Source: Gammaproteobacteria bacterium
GTDB lineage: Bacteria > Pseudomonadota > Gammaproteobacteria > Ga0077536
NCBI GenBank assembly: GCA_963662545.2
Contig: CAXXLL010000002.1
Location: 1,024,001-1,088,000 of the forward strand
Direction: 5' to 3'
Length of the DNA stretch: 64,000 nucleotides
The notes below the pieces were generated by a model. That model was given only the letters and a program-made list of their open reading frames with translations, did no database searches and was not told the DNA's origin. Made by a program: the position numbers and the translations under genes. Below, one piece after another: positions 1 through 9,981 of this stretch; within the stretch, counting starts at the first letter, position 1, and the number at the start of each line of letters is the position of its first letter.

Positions 1-869
1 ATGGTCACTGAGCTTGCCCGCGGGATCTCGCTCACCGTGCGTCGCCGGTCCACCTCGCGTGACCAGTCCTTATCACCGTAGATGACCAGTACCGGGACAG
101 CGATATCCGCGTAGCACGCATGTATCGCCGGCCAGCGCTCGATCAGGCGCAGCAGGTAATGGAACTGACGATAGTGATCTCGCTGGTGCCCGGCGACCAT
201 CATCTCATTCAGCAAGGCGGGCGGAATCGACTTCGGATCGGCCACACCGCCTTTGAACAGCGCCGCCTCGATAAACGCGTTTCGTAGCCTGAGAAAAGTC
301 GTACCGATGATGGGTACCGGTCCCAGGGTAAACAGGATCCGAAGCAGCAGGCTGCCGCGTACGGACCAGCGCCGACCGTAATCGAAGGTGTTGATCGCCA
401 CCACCGCGCGGATCGCGGGATGGCCGTCGGCGGCCATCAGGAGTGGGATATTGGCCCCGATAGATTGGCCGGCCACGATGGCGTCCTTGATCTCCAGTGC
501 CTCCAGGAATCCTGCTACGGACTCGGTTAGCAGCTCGACGCTTACCGGCTCACGCGGGATGTCGGACCAGCCGTGCGCCGGTAGATCGGGTGCATAGACA
601 GTAAAACGCTCGGCGAGCTCCGCTATCATTTTCTGGTAGATGTCGAGTTGGGTGCGCATGGTGTGCAGCAGGATGAGCGCTGGGCCGTCGCCGGTTTTCA
701 CGTAGCGCATTTCATGTCCGTTCACCGAGACGTAGTGCATAGACAGGTGCGGCCCCCAACTGAACGCGCTGGGTGCGTCTGGATGTCGCCGCAGTCTCTC
801 GACCAACAGCGACACGAATACGACTCCCAATCCGGATGCGGCGAGCGCCAAGATGATTTGACCGATCAT
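1..869 (-). CDS. alpha/beta fold hydrolase with N-terminal hydrophobic anchor (3' end runs off window)
   Basis: Manual translation from ATG at 869: MIGQIILALAASGLG...GDGPALILLHTMRT...DLPAHGWSD...GQSIG (nucleophile elbow). Open to the window edge, so absent from the ORF track. Confidence 0.85.
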   Translation of the reverse strand, partial: MIGQIILALAASGLGVVFVSLLVERLRRHPDAPSAFSWGPHLSMHYVSVNGHEMRYVKTGDGPALILLHTMRTQLDIYQKMIAELAERFTVYAPDLPAHGWSDIPREPVSVELLTESVAGFLEALEIKDAIVAGQSIGANIPLLMAADGHPAIRAVVAINTFDYGRRWSVRGSLLLRILFTLGPVPIIGTTFLRLRNAFIEAALFKGGVADPKSIPPALLNEMMVAGHQRDHYRQFHYLLRLIERWPAIHACYADIAVPVLVIYGDKDWSREVDRRRTVSEIPRASSVT

Positions 870-886
870 ATGGACGTCTCCTTCTG

Positions 887-1792
887 TCAGGCCGCGGACG
901 ATAACGGGCGTTCGCCGATGAATTCGGCACGATGTGCCCGCACGAAATCAGCGAGTTCCTGCGGCGCCTGGCCGCCGATCCGTTCAACGACGTCGGTTCG
1001 GGCACTGAAGATCCCGTGCTGGTGATCTTCGGCCACGGCCGCGAGGTGGTCTGCAAGAAATCGGGGAAACCCGATCGGGCCAACCAGCGCTTCGTGCCAA
1101 GCATCCACGGGTATATTCACGTAGTCGACGGAGCGGCCGAGTATATCGCCGATGACTTCGGCCATCTCGACGAGCGTCATGTTGCGCGGGCCGGTCAGGA
1201 CCAATCGTTGTCCGACATGCGGTGCCGGGTCCTCGAGCAGGCCGACGACGACGCGTGCAATGTCCGCGGCGGCCACGGGCGCATGCCGGGCATCGCCGAA
1301 AGGCAGCAGCATCTTCCCTTCGTTCATCAGGGTCGGGCCGGTGAAGAGATAGAGGTCCTCGGCGAAGAACGTGGGACGAATGTGGGCGGCGCCAATATGG
1401 GCCCAGTCCAGGATGTGCTCCGATTGCCAGTGCTGATAGGCCAGCTTGCTGCGGGCGTGCTCGCGTGCCGAGATCTGCGACATGTTGACGAGCGCTTTCA
1501 CTTCGGCCCGGTGCGCGGCGATGGCGATGTTCGTCGTCGCTTCGACCAGCCGGTCCGCCGTCGGGTAGCAGAAGTAAGCGCGCTCTACGCCGCGCATGGC
1601 CGCGTGCAGTGAGGGCAGGTCGAGGAAGTCGCCGACCACGGTATCGGCACCGCGGGCGGCCAGGCGTTCGGCCCGGATATCCCATGTGCGCACCATGGCG
1701 CGCACGGGGTGTCCGCGTGCAATTAGCTGCTCGACTACGTGCGAGCCGGCCTTGCCGGTCGCGCCCGTAACCAGGATTGGTTTGTCGTTCAT
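887..1792 (-). CDS. NmrA-family NAD(P)-binding protein (atypical SDR)
   Basis: ILVTGATGKAG Rossmann motif, IRPTFFAE, PVAAADIA. Start moved to MNDKP at 1792, downstream of an AAGGA RBS. Confidence 0.9.
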   Translation of the reverse strand: MNDKPILVTGATGKAGSHVVEQLIARGHPVRAMVRTWDIRAERLAARGADTVVGDFLDLPSLHAAMRGVERAYFCYPTADRLVEATTNIAIAAHRAEVKALVNMSQISAREHARSKLAYQHWQSEHILDWAHIGAAHIRPTFFAEDLYLFTGPTLMNEGKMLLPFGDARHAPVAAADIARVVVGLLEDPAPHVGQRLVLTGPRNMTLVEMAEVIGDILGRSVDYVNIPVDAWHEALVGPIGFPRFLADHLAAVAEDHQHGIFSARTDVVERIGGQAPQELADFVRAHRAEFIGERPLSSAA

Positions 1793-1833
1793 GAGAGTGT
1801 CCTTTTTGCGTTGCTCGGTTGAATTCAAATGGA

Positions 1834-1863
1834 ACAGGCGCAGCGAAAATCCGCTGCGCCTGT
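1834..1863. terminator. 12-bp stem hairpin after the small secreted-protein gene
   Basis: ACAGGCGCAGCG-aaaatc-CGCTGCGCCTGT perfect inverted repeat. Confidence 0.55.
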
Positions 1864-1871
1864 CAGCGCCG

Positions 1872-2294
1872 TTATGAGCGGCTGTCCTCGAATTGCTCCT
1901 GGTCGGCGATCTTGATCTCGGTCCGCCGGTCTAACGGGCGATACTTCTCGAGATTTGCCGATTCGTCGTTGGCATAGCTTCGAATGTTGATGAAGTAGTA
2001 CATCGAGGGATAGGGCGACGTTTCGTGCACCTCTGCACTCGTGACTGTCTGCCGGCGCGCGGCCTGACTCTCGTGGTACCAGCCTTCGCCCGTTTTAAGA
2101 GAGCCCGGGCTGCCCGTCGCGAACGATGCGTCGGGCGAGATGTGGGCGGGCGGGAAGACGGGGTCTGCCTGGCCGGGGTTGGCGGAGAGGGCGAGGAGCC
2201 CTGCCAGCAAAGCGACGGTAAGCGGCCGCACGCGGGGGGCCGGCGCATCGTGCACCGCGGCGAGTGGGGTTTGATATGACTGACGATTGTTCAT
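1872..2294 (-). CDS. hypothetical secreted protein
   Basis: ATG at 2294 with AGGAG RBS; signal-like LTVALLAGLLALSANPGQA. Confidence 0.65.
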   Translation of the reverse strand: MNNRQSYQTPLAAVHDAPAPRVRPLTVALLAGLLALSANPGQADPVFPPAHISPDASFATGSPGSLKTGEGWYHESQAARRQTVTSAEVHETSPYPSMYYFINIRSYANDESANLEKYRPLDRRTEIKIADQEQFEDSRS

Positions 2295-2432
2295 GCTCGG
2301 TCTCCTGATTTGCGAAACATTAAGTAGATGTCGGGAGTGAGTATTGCCGGTAGGAAACGCGGCCAGAAGTTTCAATAAGTCAGTAACGCGACGTTACAAT
2401 GTGCCGTAACGCGGACGGAGGCTCGCGCTACG

Positions 2433-4028
2433 GTGCAAGAATCCATGGGGAAAGAACAACGGGGTGCGCCTGACCAGGCATTGATCGCGGCCGCGTTGGA
2501 GCGAATTCTCTCAGACCCGATCTTGGTCCAGGCGGGTCGCCAGAGCCGTTTGCTGCGCTACATCATCGAAGAGACCGCGGCCGGCCGCAGCGCCAAGATC
2601 AACCAGTACTCGATCGCCGTGGACGTCTTCGATCGGGACGCCGATTTCGATCCTGCCGTCGATTCGATCGTGCGCGTCGAGTTTGGCAGGCTGCGATCAA
2701 AGCTGGGCGAGTTCTACCAGGCCCACCCGGACGAACGCGTGATCTTCAGGCTGCCGAAGGGGCGCTATTTTGCGGACATCGAAATTAACACCCCCACGGG
2801 CGGCGTTCCGGTCAGTGCCGGCATCAACGACCGCCCGTCGGTTGCCGTCCTGCCGTTTATCAACTTCAGCAGTGATGCGGAAGGTGAGTATTTTGCCGAC
2901 GGCATGACCGACGACCTGATCACCGACTTGTCGAGGCTGTCAGGATTGAGGGTGATCGCGCGCAACTCGGTGTTCGTCTACAAGGGACGCGACGTCCCCG
3001 TGCACGTGATTGGCGAGGAATTAGGCGTCGATCACGTCTTGGAGGGCAGCGTGCGCCGCCAGGGCAATCGGCTGCGGATCAACGCGCAACTCATCTATTG
3101 TCCCAGCGGGGAACATCTGTGGGCCGATCGGTTCGACCGGGAAGTTGAAGACGTCTTCCAGGTGCAGGATGAGGTCGGTCGGCGAATCGTCAACGCTCTG
3201 TCCATCGCGCTCAGTGCTACGGATCGATTCCGCTTCTCCGAACGCGGTACGCGGAACCTGCAGGCCTATGACTGTGTCCTCAGAGCGGTACCCTACGACT
3301 GGTCGCGCGAAGGCATTGAGACGGCGTACGCCCTTTACGACCAGGCCATCGCACTCGACCCGGAATATGCGCTGCCGCACGCGAAGATGGGCGAAAATCG
3401 CTGGTACGCGTGGTGGAGCGCCTGGAGTGAGCAGAATGCCATCGACCATGCGGCGCATCTTGCCGAGCGCGCGCTGAAGCTCGATGACGAGCTTGCTGAT
3501 GGTCATGCGATCTTCGGGTTCATCCAGTTCTGGCTTGGTGATTTCGAGTTGGCCGACGCCCACGGTGAGCGCGCGATCGCTCTCGATCCCGGCAACGTGC
3601 GTGCTCTGGAACGGCGGGTGATCTCCCTGGCTTATCGCGCCCGCTTCGAAGAGGCGCAGGGCTATCTGGAGCGTGCCAGATCGCTCAACCCGCACGAACC
3701 CTATTTCTATCCGCGGGGCCTGCTGGCGTATATGGGAGGCGAGGTGGATGAAGCCTTAACGCTCTTCTCGGAGAGCGCGGCGCGCTTCCCGGCGTTCATG
3801 CCGACGCGGCAGTTCCTCGCCTCAATCCATGCGCTTCGCGGCGATAAGGAAATTGCGTATGGACACGTCTCGGAAATGCAGCGCATCAGTCCGGAATTGA
3901 ATTTGGAGCGAGCCCTGAACGTTTCGCTGGCGCTGAAAAGCGACGCGGTGGTACGGATGCGCGAGGGTTTGAAGGCTGCCTGGGCGATGCACCGTCCTCA
4001 GAAGAGGGCGAAACCCCGGAAACGCTAG
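2433..4028 (+). CDS. wHTH-like / TolB-N / TPR regulator (adenylate-cyclase-associated TolB-TPR family)
   Basis: DSIVRVEFGRLRSKL N-terminal domain; PSVAVLPFINFSSDAEGEYFADGMTDDLITDLS TolB-like motif; TPR repeats. Confidence 0.85.
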   Translation: MQESMGKEQRGAPDQALIAAALERILSDPILVQAGRQSRLLRYIIEETAAGRSAKINQYSIAVDVFDRDADFDPAVDSIVRVEFGRLRSKLGEFYQAHPDERVIFRLPKGRYFADIEINTPTGGVPVSAGINDRPSVAVLPFINFSSDAEGEYFADGMTDDLITDLSRLSGLRVIARNSVFVYKGRDVPVHVIGEELGVDHVLEGSVRRQGNRLRINAQLIYCPSGEHLWADRFDREVEDVFQVQDEVGRRIVNALSIALSATDRFRFSERGTRNLQAYDCVLRAVPYDWSREGIETAYALYDQAIALDPEYALPHAKMGENRWYAWWSAWSEQNAIDHAAHLAERALKLDDELADGHAIFGFIQFWLGDFELADAHGERAIALDPGNVRALERRVISLAYRARFEEAQGYLERARSLNPHEPYFYPRGLLAYMGGEVDEALTLFSESAARFPAFMPTRQFLASIHALRGDKEIAYGHVSEMQRISPELNLERALNVSLALKSDAVVRMREGLKAAWAMHRPQKRAKPRKR

Positions 4029-4226
4029 CCCGGAAATTTCACCAGGATTCAAAAATTAGCCCCATGCTGGCGAAGCAGCTCGGGCCTAAACCCGAATAGG
4101 GCGGCGGGCCATTTAAGTGAGACGGTGAAAACAGATGTTACTCATTGAATGTACCCGAATACGGCGCCGGCGCGGTACTTGTAAAGTACGGTGGCTCGTG
4201 CGCTCCCTTCTTTCGTCCAGCCTTGC

Positions 4227-4391
4227 CTAGTGTGCTGTCCCGTAATAAACCTTCATAATTCGCTGGTCCTCGCACCACGCTGCGGCGTTGCTCGTCGTTG
4301 CCGTATTCCCGATACGACGCCTCCTCGCGCCTTGCATCGCGGCACGAGTCCTGCGCGACTTATCGAAGTTTATTACGGGACAGCACACTAG
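4227..4391. mobile_element. MITE-like hairpin element, family A copy 1 (165 bp incl. CTAG ends)
   Basis: Perfect 24-bp terminal inverted repeat CTAGTGTGCTGTCCCGTAATAAAC; homologous same-length copy at 18271-18435. Confidence 0.85.
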
Positions 4392-4411
4392 CACGTATAC
4401 TCGGCGATGCC

Positions 4412-5632
4412 ATGGCGCCATCTTCGAAACACCTGCTGAGCCGCTTTCGCGTCCTCGATCTGACGCGGGCCGTCGCCGGGCCGACGTGTACCCGCATGTT
4501 CGCGGAACTGGGCGCCGAGGTCATCAAGATTGAGTCCGCGCCAGACGGCGATATGGCCCGTTCGATATCGAAGCTCCGCAACGAACGCAGCCTCTACTAT
4601 ATCCAGCACAATTTGAACAAGAAAAGCGTCTGCATTGATTTTCGGAAACCCGGCGGACTCGATCTCATTCGCGAACTCGTGCCACACTGCGATGTCGTCG
4701 TCGAAAATTACAAGCCCGGCGTGATAGCGAACATGGGCATGAGTTTCGACGATCTGAAACGCATGCGAAAGGACATCATCCTGTGTTCAATCTCAGCGCT
4801 CGGACAGACCGGCCCTTTGTCGGGCAAGCCCGGTTACGACTACATCGGGCAAGCCTATTCCGGCATCACATCGATGATCGGCGCAAAGGGCGAAGCCCCT
4901 TACATCCCGCTCGCGGCCATGGGGGACGTCAGCACCGGTGTCACGGCCGCCTTCGCGATCACGGCCGCGCTGCTCGACCGCGCGGAGACGGGGGAGGGGC
5001 AGCATCTCGATATCGGCCTGCTCGACTGCTACTACCATTACCATGAACTCAACGTCCATCGATACAGTGGCAGCAACGGCGCCTTGAATCCGACGCGAGA
5101 GGGCCGCCACCTGTCATATATCTGTCCCGCAGGGGTTTATCAAGCGACCGGCGGCTCGATCGTTTTGATAGCGTTCATGCAGCATTGGGCCGATCTATGC
5201 GCCGCGATGGAGCGCCCGGATCTGATCGACGACGCGTGTTTCGCCACCGACGAGGCACGGCTGGAGCGCCTCGATGAGGTCGTGGCCATGGTCGAGCGCT
5301 GGCTTCAGACCTTCCCGGACGTGGATTCTGTCATCGCAAGGATGGAGGCCCACGGCGTGCCATGTGCACCGGTGCTGAGCGTTGAGGAAACGATCACCCA
5401 CCCGCATCTCGTCGAGCGTGGCACGGTGAGAACGATACGCGACCCGATCGCGGGCGAGTTCGCGATCCCGGGGATGCCGGTCAAGACTTCTGCCTACCCG
5501 ACGCATCCCGCCTACGTCGCGCCGCGCCTGGGCGAACACAACCGAGAGGTCCTGCGCGACATTCTCGGCAAGAGTGCGGACGAAATCGAGGCTTTCGAGA
5601 ACGACGGTCTCCTGCACAGCGGTGAGGTCTAG
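4412..5632 (+). CDS. family III CoA-transferase (CaiB/BaiF)
   Basis: RVLDLTRAVAGP, LGAEVIKIES, NKKSVCID, DVVVENYKPG, KPGYD motifs. Start moved to MAPSSKH because the longer ORF starts inside the MITE. Confidence 0.93.
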   Translation: MAPSSKHLLSRFRVLDLTRAVAGPTCTRMFAELGAEVIKIESAPDGDMARSISKLRNERSLYYIQHNLNKKSVCIDFRKPGGLDLIRELVPHCDVVVENYKPGVIANMGMSFDDLKRMRKDIILCSISALGQTGPLSGKPGYDYIGQAYSGITSMIGAKGEAPYIPLAAMGDVSTGVTAAFAITAALLDRAETGEGQHLDIGLLDCYYHYHELNVHRYSGSNGALNPTREGRHLSYICPAGVYQATGGSIVLIAFMQHWADLCAAMERPDLIDDACFATDEARLERLDEVVAMVERWLQTFPDVDSVIARMEAHGVPCAPVLSVEETITHPHLVERGTVRTIRDPIAGEFAIPGMPVKTSAYPTHPAYVAPRLGEHNREVLRDILGKSADEIEAFENDGLLHSGEV

Positions 5633-5670
5633 TCGGCACTAATCGCGTCCGTTTCGTCGCTCCTCGAAAC

Positions 5671-6549
5671 TTACGCAATGAACTCAGCGGTCAACTCGAG
5701 GAACCCTTCAAGCTGGTCATGGTGAACCCAATGACCCGCGTTTTCGAAACCGACCGTTCGTGCGTTCCGAAAATGAGCGGCCCTCCCATCTATTGCCGGG
5801 TCTGACGCCCAGCTTTCCTTCCCATTGACCAGCAGGGTCGGGCAGTTGATGCGATTCCATAATCCATGCAGCTCCGATGCAGGTACGTCATAAGGCGGCC
5901 AGGAGCGGACGTAGTTGTCGAATTTCCAGGAGAAGCTGCCATCCTCGTTCTGATCAATGCCATGCACGGTCAAATGGCGGGCCTGTTCGGGAGAGAGATG
6001 CTTGTTCTCGGCCTGCATGCGCTTAAAGGCTTCCTCGATCGTGCCATAGCGCCGCGGCACTCGCGCAGCTAAGCCCCGCCGTTCATCGATCCACGCCCGC
6101 ATCCGGTCATCCAGAGTCCGGCTCGCCCGTTTCGCCAGCAGTTCCGGTGACAAGCCCAGGCCTTCGATCGCCACCAGCCTGCGCACTGAATCGGGATAAA
6201 TGCCGGTGTAGCGCAGCGCGATATTGCCGCCCAGCGAATGGCCGATGAGGGTGACCGGCGCCAGGTTTTGCTGATGGATGAGCTGTGCCAGGTCGTAGAC
6301 ATAGCCGGCCATGTCGTATTGACCGTCGGCCGACCATTCGCTGTCGCCGTGGCCGCGCAAATCAGGGGCGATCACATGCCAGCTTTCGCGCAGAGCGAGC
6401 GCGACCCAGTCCCAGTTCCGGCAGTGATCGCGACCGCCATGAACCAGCAACAGAGGCTTTGCGGTCGGATTTCCCCAATCGACGTAGTGCAGTCGCAGGC
6501 GTTGCGAAAAGTAACTGTGCGACGTGGGGCCTGATATCTCATCGGACAT
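5671..6549 (-). CDS. alpha/beta fold hydrolase
   Basis: LLLVHGG, DLRGHGDS, GHSLGG, AGHWVHHD. Confidence 0.92.
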   Translation of the reverse strand: MSDEISGPTSHSYFSQRLRLHYVDWGNPTAKPLLLVHGGRDHCRNWDWVALALRESWHVIAPDLRGHGDSEWSADGQYDMAGYVYDLAQLIHQQNLAPVTLIGHSLGGNIALRYTGIYPDSVRRLVAIEGLGLSPELLAKRASRTLDDRMRAWIDERRGLAARVPRRYGTIEEAFKRMQAENKHLSPEQARHLTVHGIDQNEDGSFSWKFDNYVRSWPPYDVPASELHGLWNRINCPTLLVNGKESWASDPAIDGRAAHFRNARTVGFENAGHWVHHDQLEGFLELTAEFIA

Positions 6550-6673
6550 AAGAAACTCTCGTGTACGGCAATCGCCGTTAAGATTAGAACGGTTTTCGGC
6601 TCCGGGAAAGGATGTACGCTGCCGGCGTGACTATTTATAAATTACTCGGGCTTCTTACTACTTGCTCAACGGA

Positions 6674-7129
6674 TCACCGTTCAGGCGTCGCGCATCTAGG
6701 GCCCAGCGGTAATCGCCGATCCTCACAATAGCGCTTGTTCTGGTGGCCGGAGATTCTCAGGCTCGCGAATCCTTCGTTGCTGGTCACAACAAGGTGTGCC
6801 CTGAATACTCCCTCATGGGGGTCGTTCGTTGAACGCGGTCCTTGTGGATCGAAACTGAAGAGGATCATGCAACTACCACCATTCGCCAGGGTGAACGGGC
6901 AGCTGTGGGCGACGATCTTGAAGTTTGCGTCATCGAGGGTGACGGTGATGTCCGTAAATCGCTCACCTACGGCAGATCGGACGTACGCGATTTCTACCAC
7001 GGGCAGGCTCGTTCGATAGCCGAAATCGAATTCAGCAATCGTTTCGAACGCAAAGAAATCGGCAAAGAATAAATCGGCCGTCGCCGAATGTGCGGCAATA
7101 GAACATGCAAAGAGCATTGCTGGGACCAT
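6674..7129 (-). CDS. small secreted Ig-like (choice-of-anchor D / ASH-like) domain protein
   Basis: Signal-like MVPAMLFACSIAAHSATA; FKIVAHSCPFTLANGGSCMILFSFDP...AHLVVTSN pattern typical of these Ig-like domains. Start uncertain. Confidence 0.5.
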   Translation of the reverse strand: MVPAMLFACSIAAHSATADLFFADFFAFETIAEFDFGYRTSLPVVEIAYVRSAVGERFTDITVTLDDANFKIVAHSCPFTLANGGSCMILFSFDPQGPRSTNDPHEGVFRAHLVVTSNEGFASLRISGHQNKRYCEDRRLPLGPRCATPER

Positions 7130-7280
7130 TTTTCCCACTGGAGCCCTCTTATGGAACCAGCCGTATAAAACGCCTCGTAGTCTACTATAGGAAATATGAG
7201 CAAGCCGACTGGTGGAATCGTGGCTGGATTGGCACGGAGAAAATCGAATTGTTTCGCCTAAACCCTTCAAGGGCGAACGG

Positions 7281-7589
7281 ATGAAAGCATCGTTTAAGCT
7301 AATTGCAGCCCTTTTGCTCATCCCGAGTCTCGCAATCCATGGCGCGGAGCTGAACCTGGAAGCAACCAATGGGAACGCGCCGGTGATGCAATGCATCGAG
7401 TGGTCGGAGTTCGTACAATCGATGGCGGATACCGGGATAGAGCGCTTTCTGGTGCTCGCTAGGGAATACATTCAGCAATCGAAATGGCCCTTCGTCGAAC
7501 TTGCCGGAAAGTTCGTGCAAGTCAACCATCTCAATGGCAGCCGTGTGGCCGGCGCGATGGCATTCATCGAGTGCCGGGGGATCCCGTGA
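7281..7589 (+). CDS. small hypothetical secreted protein
   Basis: MKASFKLIAALLLIPSLAIHGA signal peptide; two Cys. Confidence 0.5.
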   Translation: MKASFKLIAALLLIPSLAIHGAELNLEATNGNAPVMQCIEWSEFVQSMADTGIERFLVLAREYIQQSKWPFVELAGKFVQVNHLNGSRVAGAMAFIECRGIP

Positions 7590-7700
7590 CGTAAAATGGG
7601 GTCGACCAAAACGAAACAGCAAATGATTCTCAAAATCAAGGCAAGGCTTGAAGCACAGTTGCGCGAAAACTAATAACGAAGCACACGGGAGCCCCGAGAA

Positions 7701-8843
7701 ATGACCGTCACAAAAGAAGAACTGTTGGAACGAACGACTTCCCTGCTTCCTGCGATCGCATCGCGTGCCCTGCAGAGCGAAGAACAACGCCGACCCCACG
7801 ACGACTCCATCCGGGAGCTGATCGACGCCGGGGTGATGCAATCCCTCGTGCCGCAACGGTTCGGCGGGCACGAACTCGGTCTGGACACATTGGCCGGCGT
7901 CGGGCGTTTGGTCAGCAGCGTTTGCCTGTCCACCGGTTGGGTTACCGCGTTTTATCTCGGCCACAACTGGATGATCACCAAATTCTCGGAACAAGTGCAG
8001 CGTGAAGTTTTTGCCGATCGCCCGTTTGCGTTGATTCCGATTCAACCGTCGCCGAACGTACAGATCAAAAAGGTGGCCGGGGGCTACGAGATCAGCGGCC
8101 GTTCGAACTTCAGCTCCGGCATCATGCACGCCGACTGGGTGATTGTTGCCAAAGCCGGGGGCGAGGATGCGCGGGCATTCGTGGTCCCGGTCAGTGACGT
8201 CGAAATCGACGACGTGTGGTTCATGAGCGGGATGGCGGGAACGGGCAGCAACGATGTCGTGGTCGATCAATTGTTCGTGCCCGAGCACCGATCCCTGCCG
8301 ACCGAGGCGCTTTTCAACAACACCGAATCGATTCACGAGAACCCGATTTATTCGATTCCACTGATGCCGTTCATTTACTGCGAGGTGATGGGCGTTTATT
8401 GCGGCGGGCTCGAAGGCGCAACCGCAGCCTACGACACCTTCGTGCAGAACAAGAGGATGACCTGGGGCGGAGACTTGCTGGCCAAGAAGCAGGCGACACA
8501 CATCAACCTCGGCGCGGCCCATGCCCGGGCCCGGGCCGCCCGATTGTTATTGGATCGACTCACACAGGATACTCAAGAGATCGCAGAAAAGCGGGATTTC
8601 AACCTGCACGCGCGCCTCGACCTAAAGCTGCGGGCCGGCTACATCGCGAATCTGTGCCGCGAAGGGGTCAACGAAATGATGGCTCGTGCCGGGACCCGAA
8701 GTTTTCAGATTGAAGCGCCGCTGCAGCGTTATTTTCGCGATCTCAATACGCTGGCCACCCACGCCTTCCTAGACTGGGAGGTTTGCCGCGAACTCTACGG
8801 CCGGCACCGCCTCGGCCTCGAACCCAATCACCCGCTGATCTGA
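7701..8843 (+). CDS. flavin-dependent monooxygenase oxygenase subunit, acyl-CoA dehydrogenase fold (HsaA/HpaH-like)
   Basis: LVPQRFGG, GRSNFSSGIMHADW, WFMSGMAGTGSNDV, PLQRYFRD...HA. Confidence 0.9.
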   Translation: MTVTKEELLERTTSLLPAIASRALQSEEQRRPHDDSIRELIDAGVMQSLVPQRFGGHELGLDTLAGVGRLVSSVCLSTGWVTAFYLGHNWMITKFSEQVQREVFADRPFALIPIQPSPNVQIKKVAGGYEISGRSNFSSGIMHADWVIVAKAGGEDARAFVVPVSDVEIDDVWFMSGMAGTGSNDVVVDQLFVPEHRSLPTEALFNNTESIHENPIYSIPLMPFIYCEVMGVYCGGLEGATAAYDTFVQNKRMTWGGDLLAKKQATHINLGAAHARARAARLLLDRLTQDTQEIAEKRDFNLHARLDLKLRAGYIANLCREGVNEMMARAGTRSFQIEAPLQRYFRDLNTLATHAFLDWEVCRELYGRHRLGLEPNHPLI

Positions 8844-9066
8844 AAGGGGTCAAGTCTTCACTATCTACAACCGGACCCACTCGCTTCGCACTGCAGGCCC
8901 GCGCAATCAGTGTTCGATCGATACGGACATCAAATTATTGACGGTGCGGGTTAGACGGAATGCCCGGATGGAAGATAATTTCGACGATGCCTGGAAATGG
9001 AGGCGACCATCGAGAGCACGGCTGAGGTGCTTTGATCGTGTATAAAGTGAAGACTTGACCCTTTCA
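8841..9066. repeat. inverted pair of GGGGTCA-type REP-like sequences
   Basis: TGAAAGGGGTCAAGTCTTCACT ... AGTGAAGACTTGACCCTTTCA enclosing ~180 bp. Confidence 0.65.
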
Positions 9067-9125
9067 TCAGGAACACCGCGATGCCCGCTACCAGCTGCCT
9101 GACTGCGTCGATGCTCGAGATCGGA

Positions 9126-9551
9126 ATGAAGCACCAAGCGGAGCTTTCATTTTCACACGAGCAAGTTGAACGCTACTGTGAGTTATGCGGTGATATGAAT
9201 GCCATCCATCGGGACGTGGCCGCGGCACAACTTCGATTCCCCGACGTCAATGACATCGTCGTTCCCGGGGGATTGATCCAGATTACGGTAACCGGCTTAT
9301 TCGGAACCGTGTTTCCGGGTGACGGGAGCCTGGGGTTGACGTTTACGCCGGAGCGCTTTCGCAAACCGGTCTGTCCCGATGAAACAGTCGTTGTTACCAT
9401 AGAAGTGACGAGAATCCGCGGCGAGCTGGTCGAGGTGAATGTGTCGATCCACGATGCCGATCAGAGTCAAATCGGTGCCGCCAAGTCGCGGATTCTTGCG
9501 CCGAACGACTCTTATCACAGCTGGTGGACGGCACAACAGGCGGGCGCCTGA
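9126..9551 (+). CDS. MaoC-like hotdog dehydratase
   Basis: GDMNAIHRD, VVPGGL, RFRKPV motifs. Confidence 0.85.
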   Translation: MKHQAELSFSHEQVERYCELCGDMNAIHRDVAAAQLRFPDVNDIVVPGGLIQITVTGLFGTVFPGDGSLGLTFTPERFRKPVCPDETVVVTIEVTRIRGELVEVNVSIHDADQSQIGAAKSRILAPNDSYHSWWTAQQAGA

Positions 9552-9651
9552 GGATTTTGATTCAGGCTCTTAACTTTCGACAACCCGACCACTTCCCCCT
9601 GGGCTGCAGGCCCGCGCGGCCTTATCCAATTTATGGTCACGGCGCACTGGC

Positions 9652-9981
9652 TCAGAACGTATGGATCCAGGCCGCCGCCGTCACCCACGGTCCATCAGCT
9701 TCGCCCGCCATATAACTGGCACCAAGGTGGTCGCAACCGTCAAGTTCGATGGACACTACCTCGCCGGCGGCTGATCGCAAGGTATCCGCCATCACCTGTG
9801 CCTGTTTACGCAGATGCGGGAAATCGTCGCTGCCATAGGCGATCAGGAAAGGCGGCGGCTTGTCGACAAACGCGAGCGGGCTTGCGCTCGTTTCCTTGCT
9901 TTGTTCATCCAGAAATCTCGGCCGCATCGACAAACCGGATCCCGGGCCGAATGTGTAAGCTCCGGAGATAGGTAAGCATCC
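9652..9981 (-). pseudogene. C-terminal fragment of an alpha/beta hydrolase (arylformamidase-like)
   Basis: GCLPISGAY...SPLAFVDKPPPFLIAYGSDD...GCDH; no 5' half present. Confidence 0.65.

Noticed and set aside
4298-4411. N-terminal extension of the CoA-transferase ORF (likewise 41247-41297 of the SDR)
   Set aside because: These starts fall inside MITE copies; family homology begins at the downstream ATG
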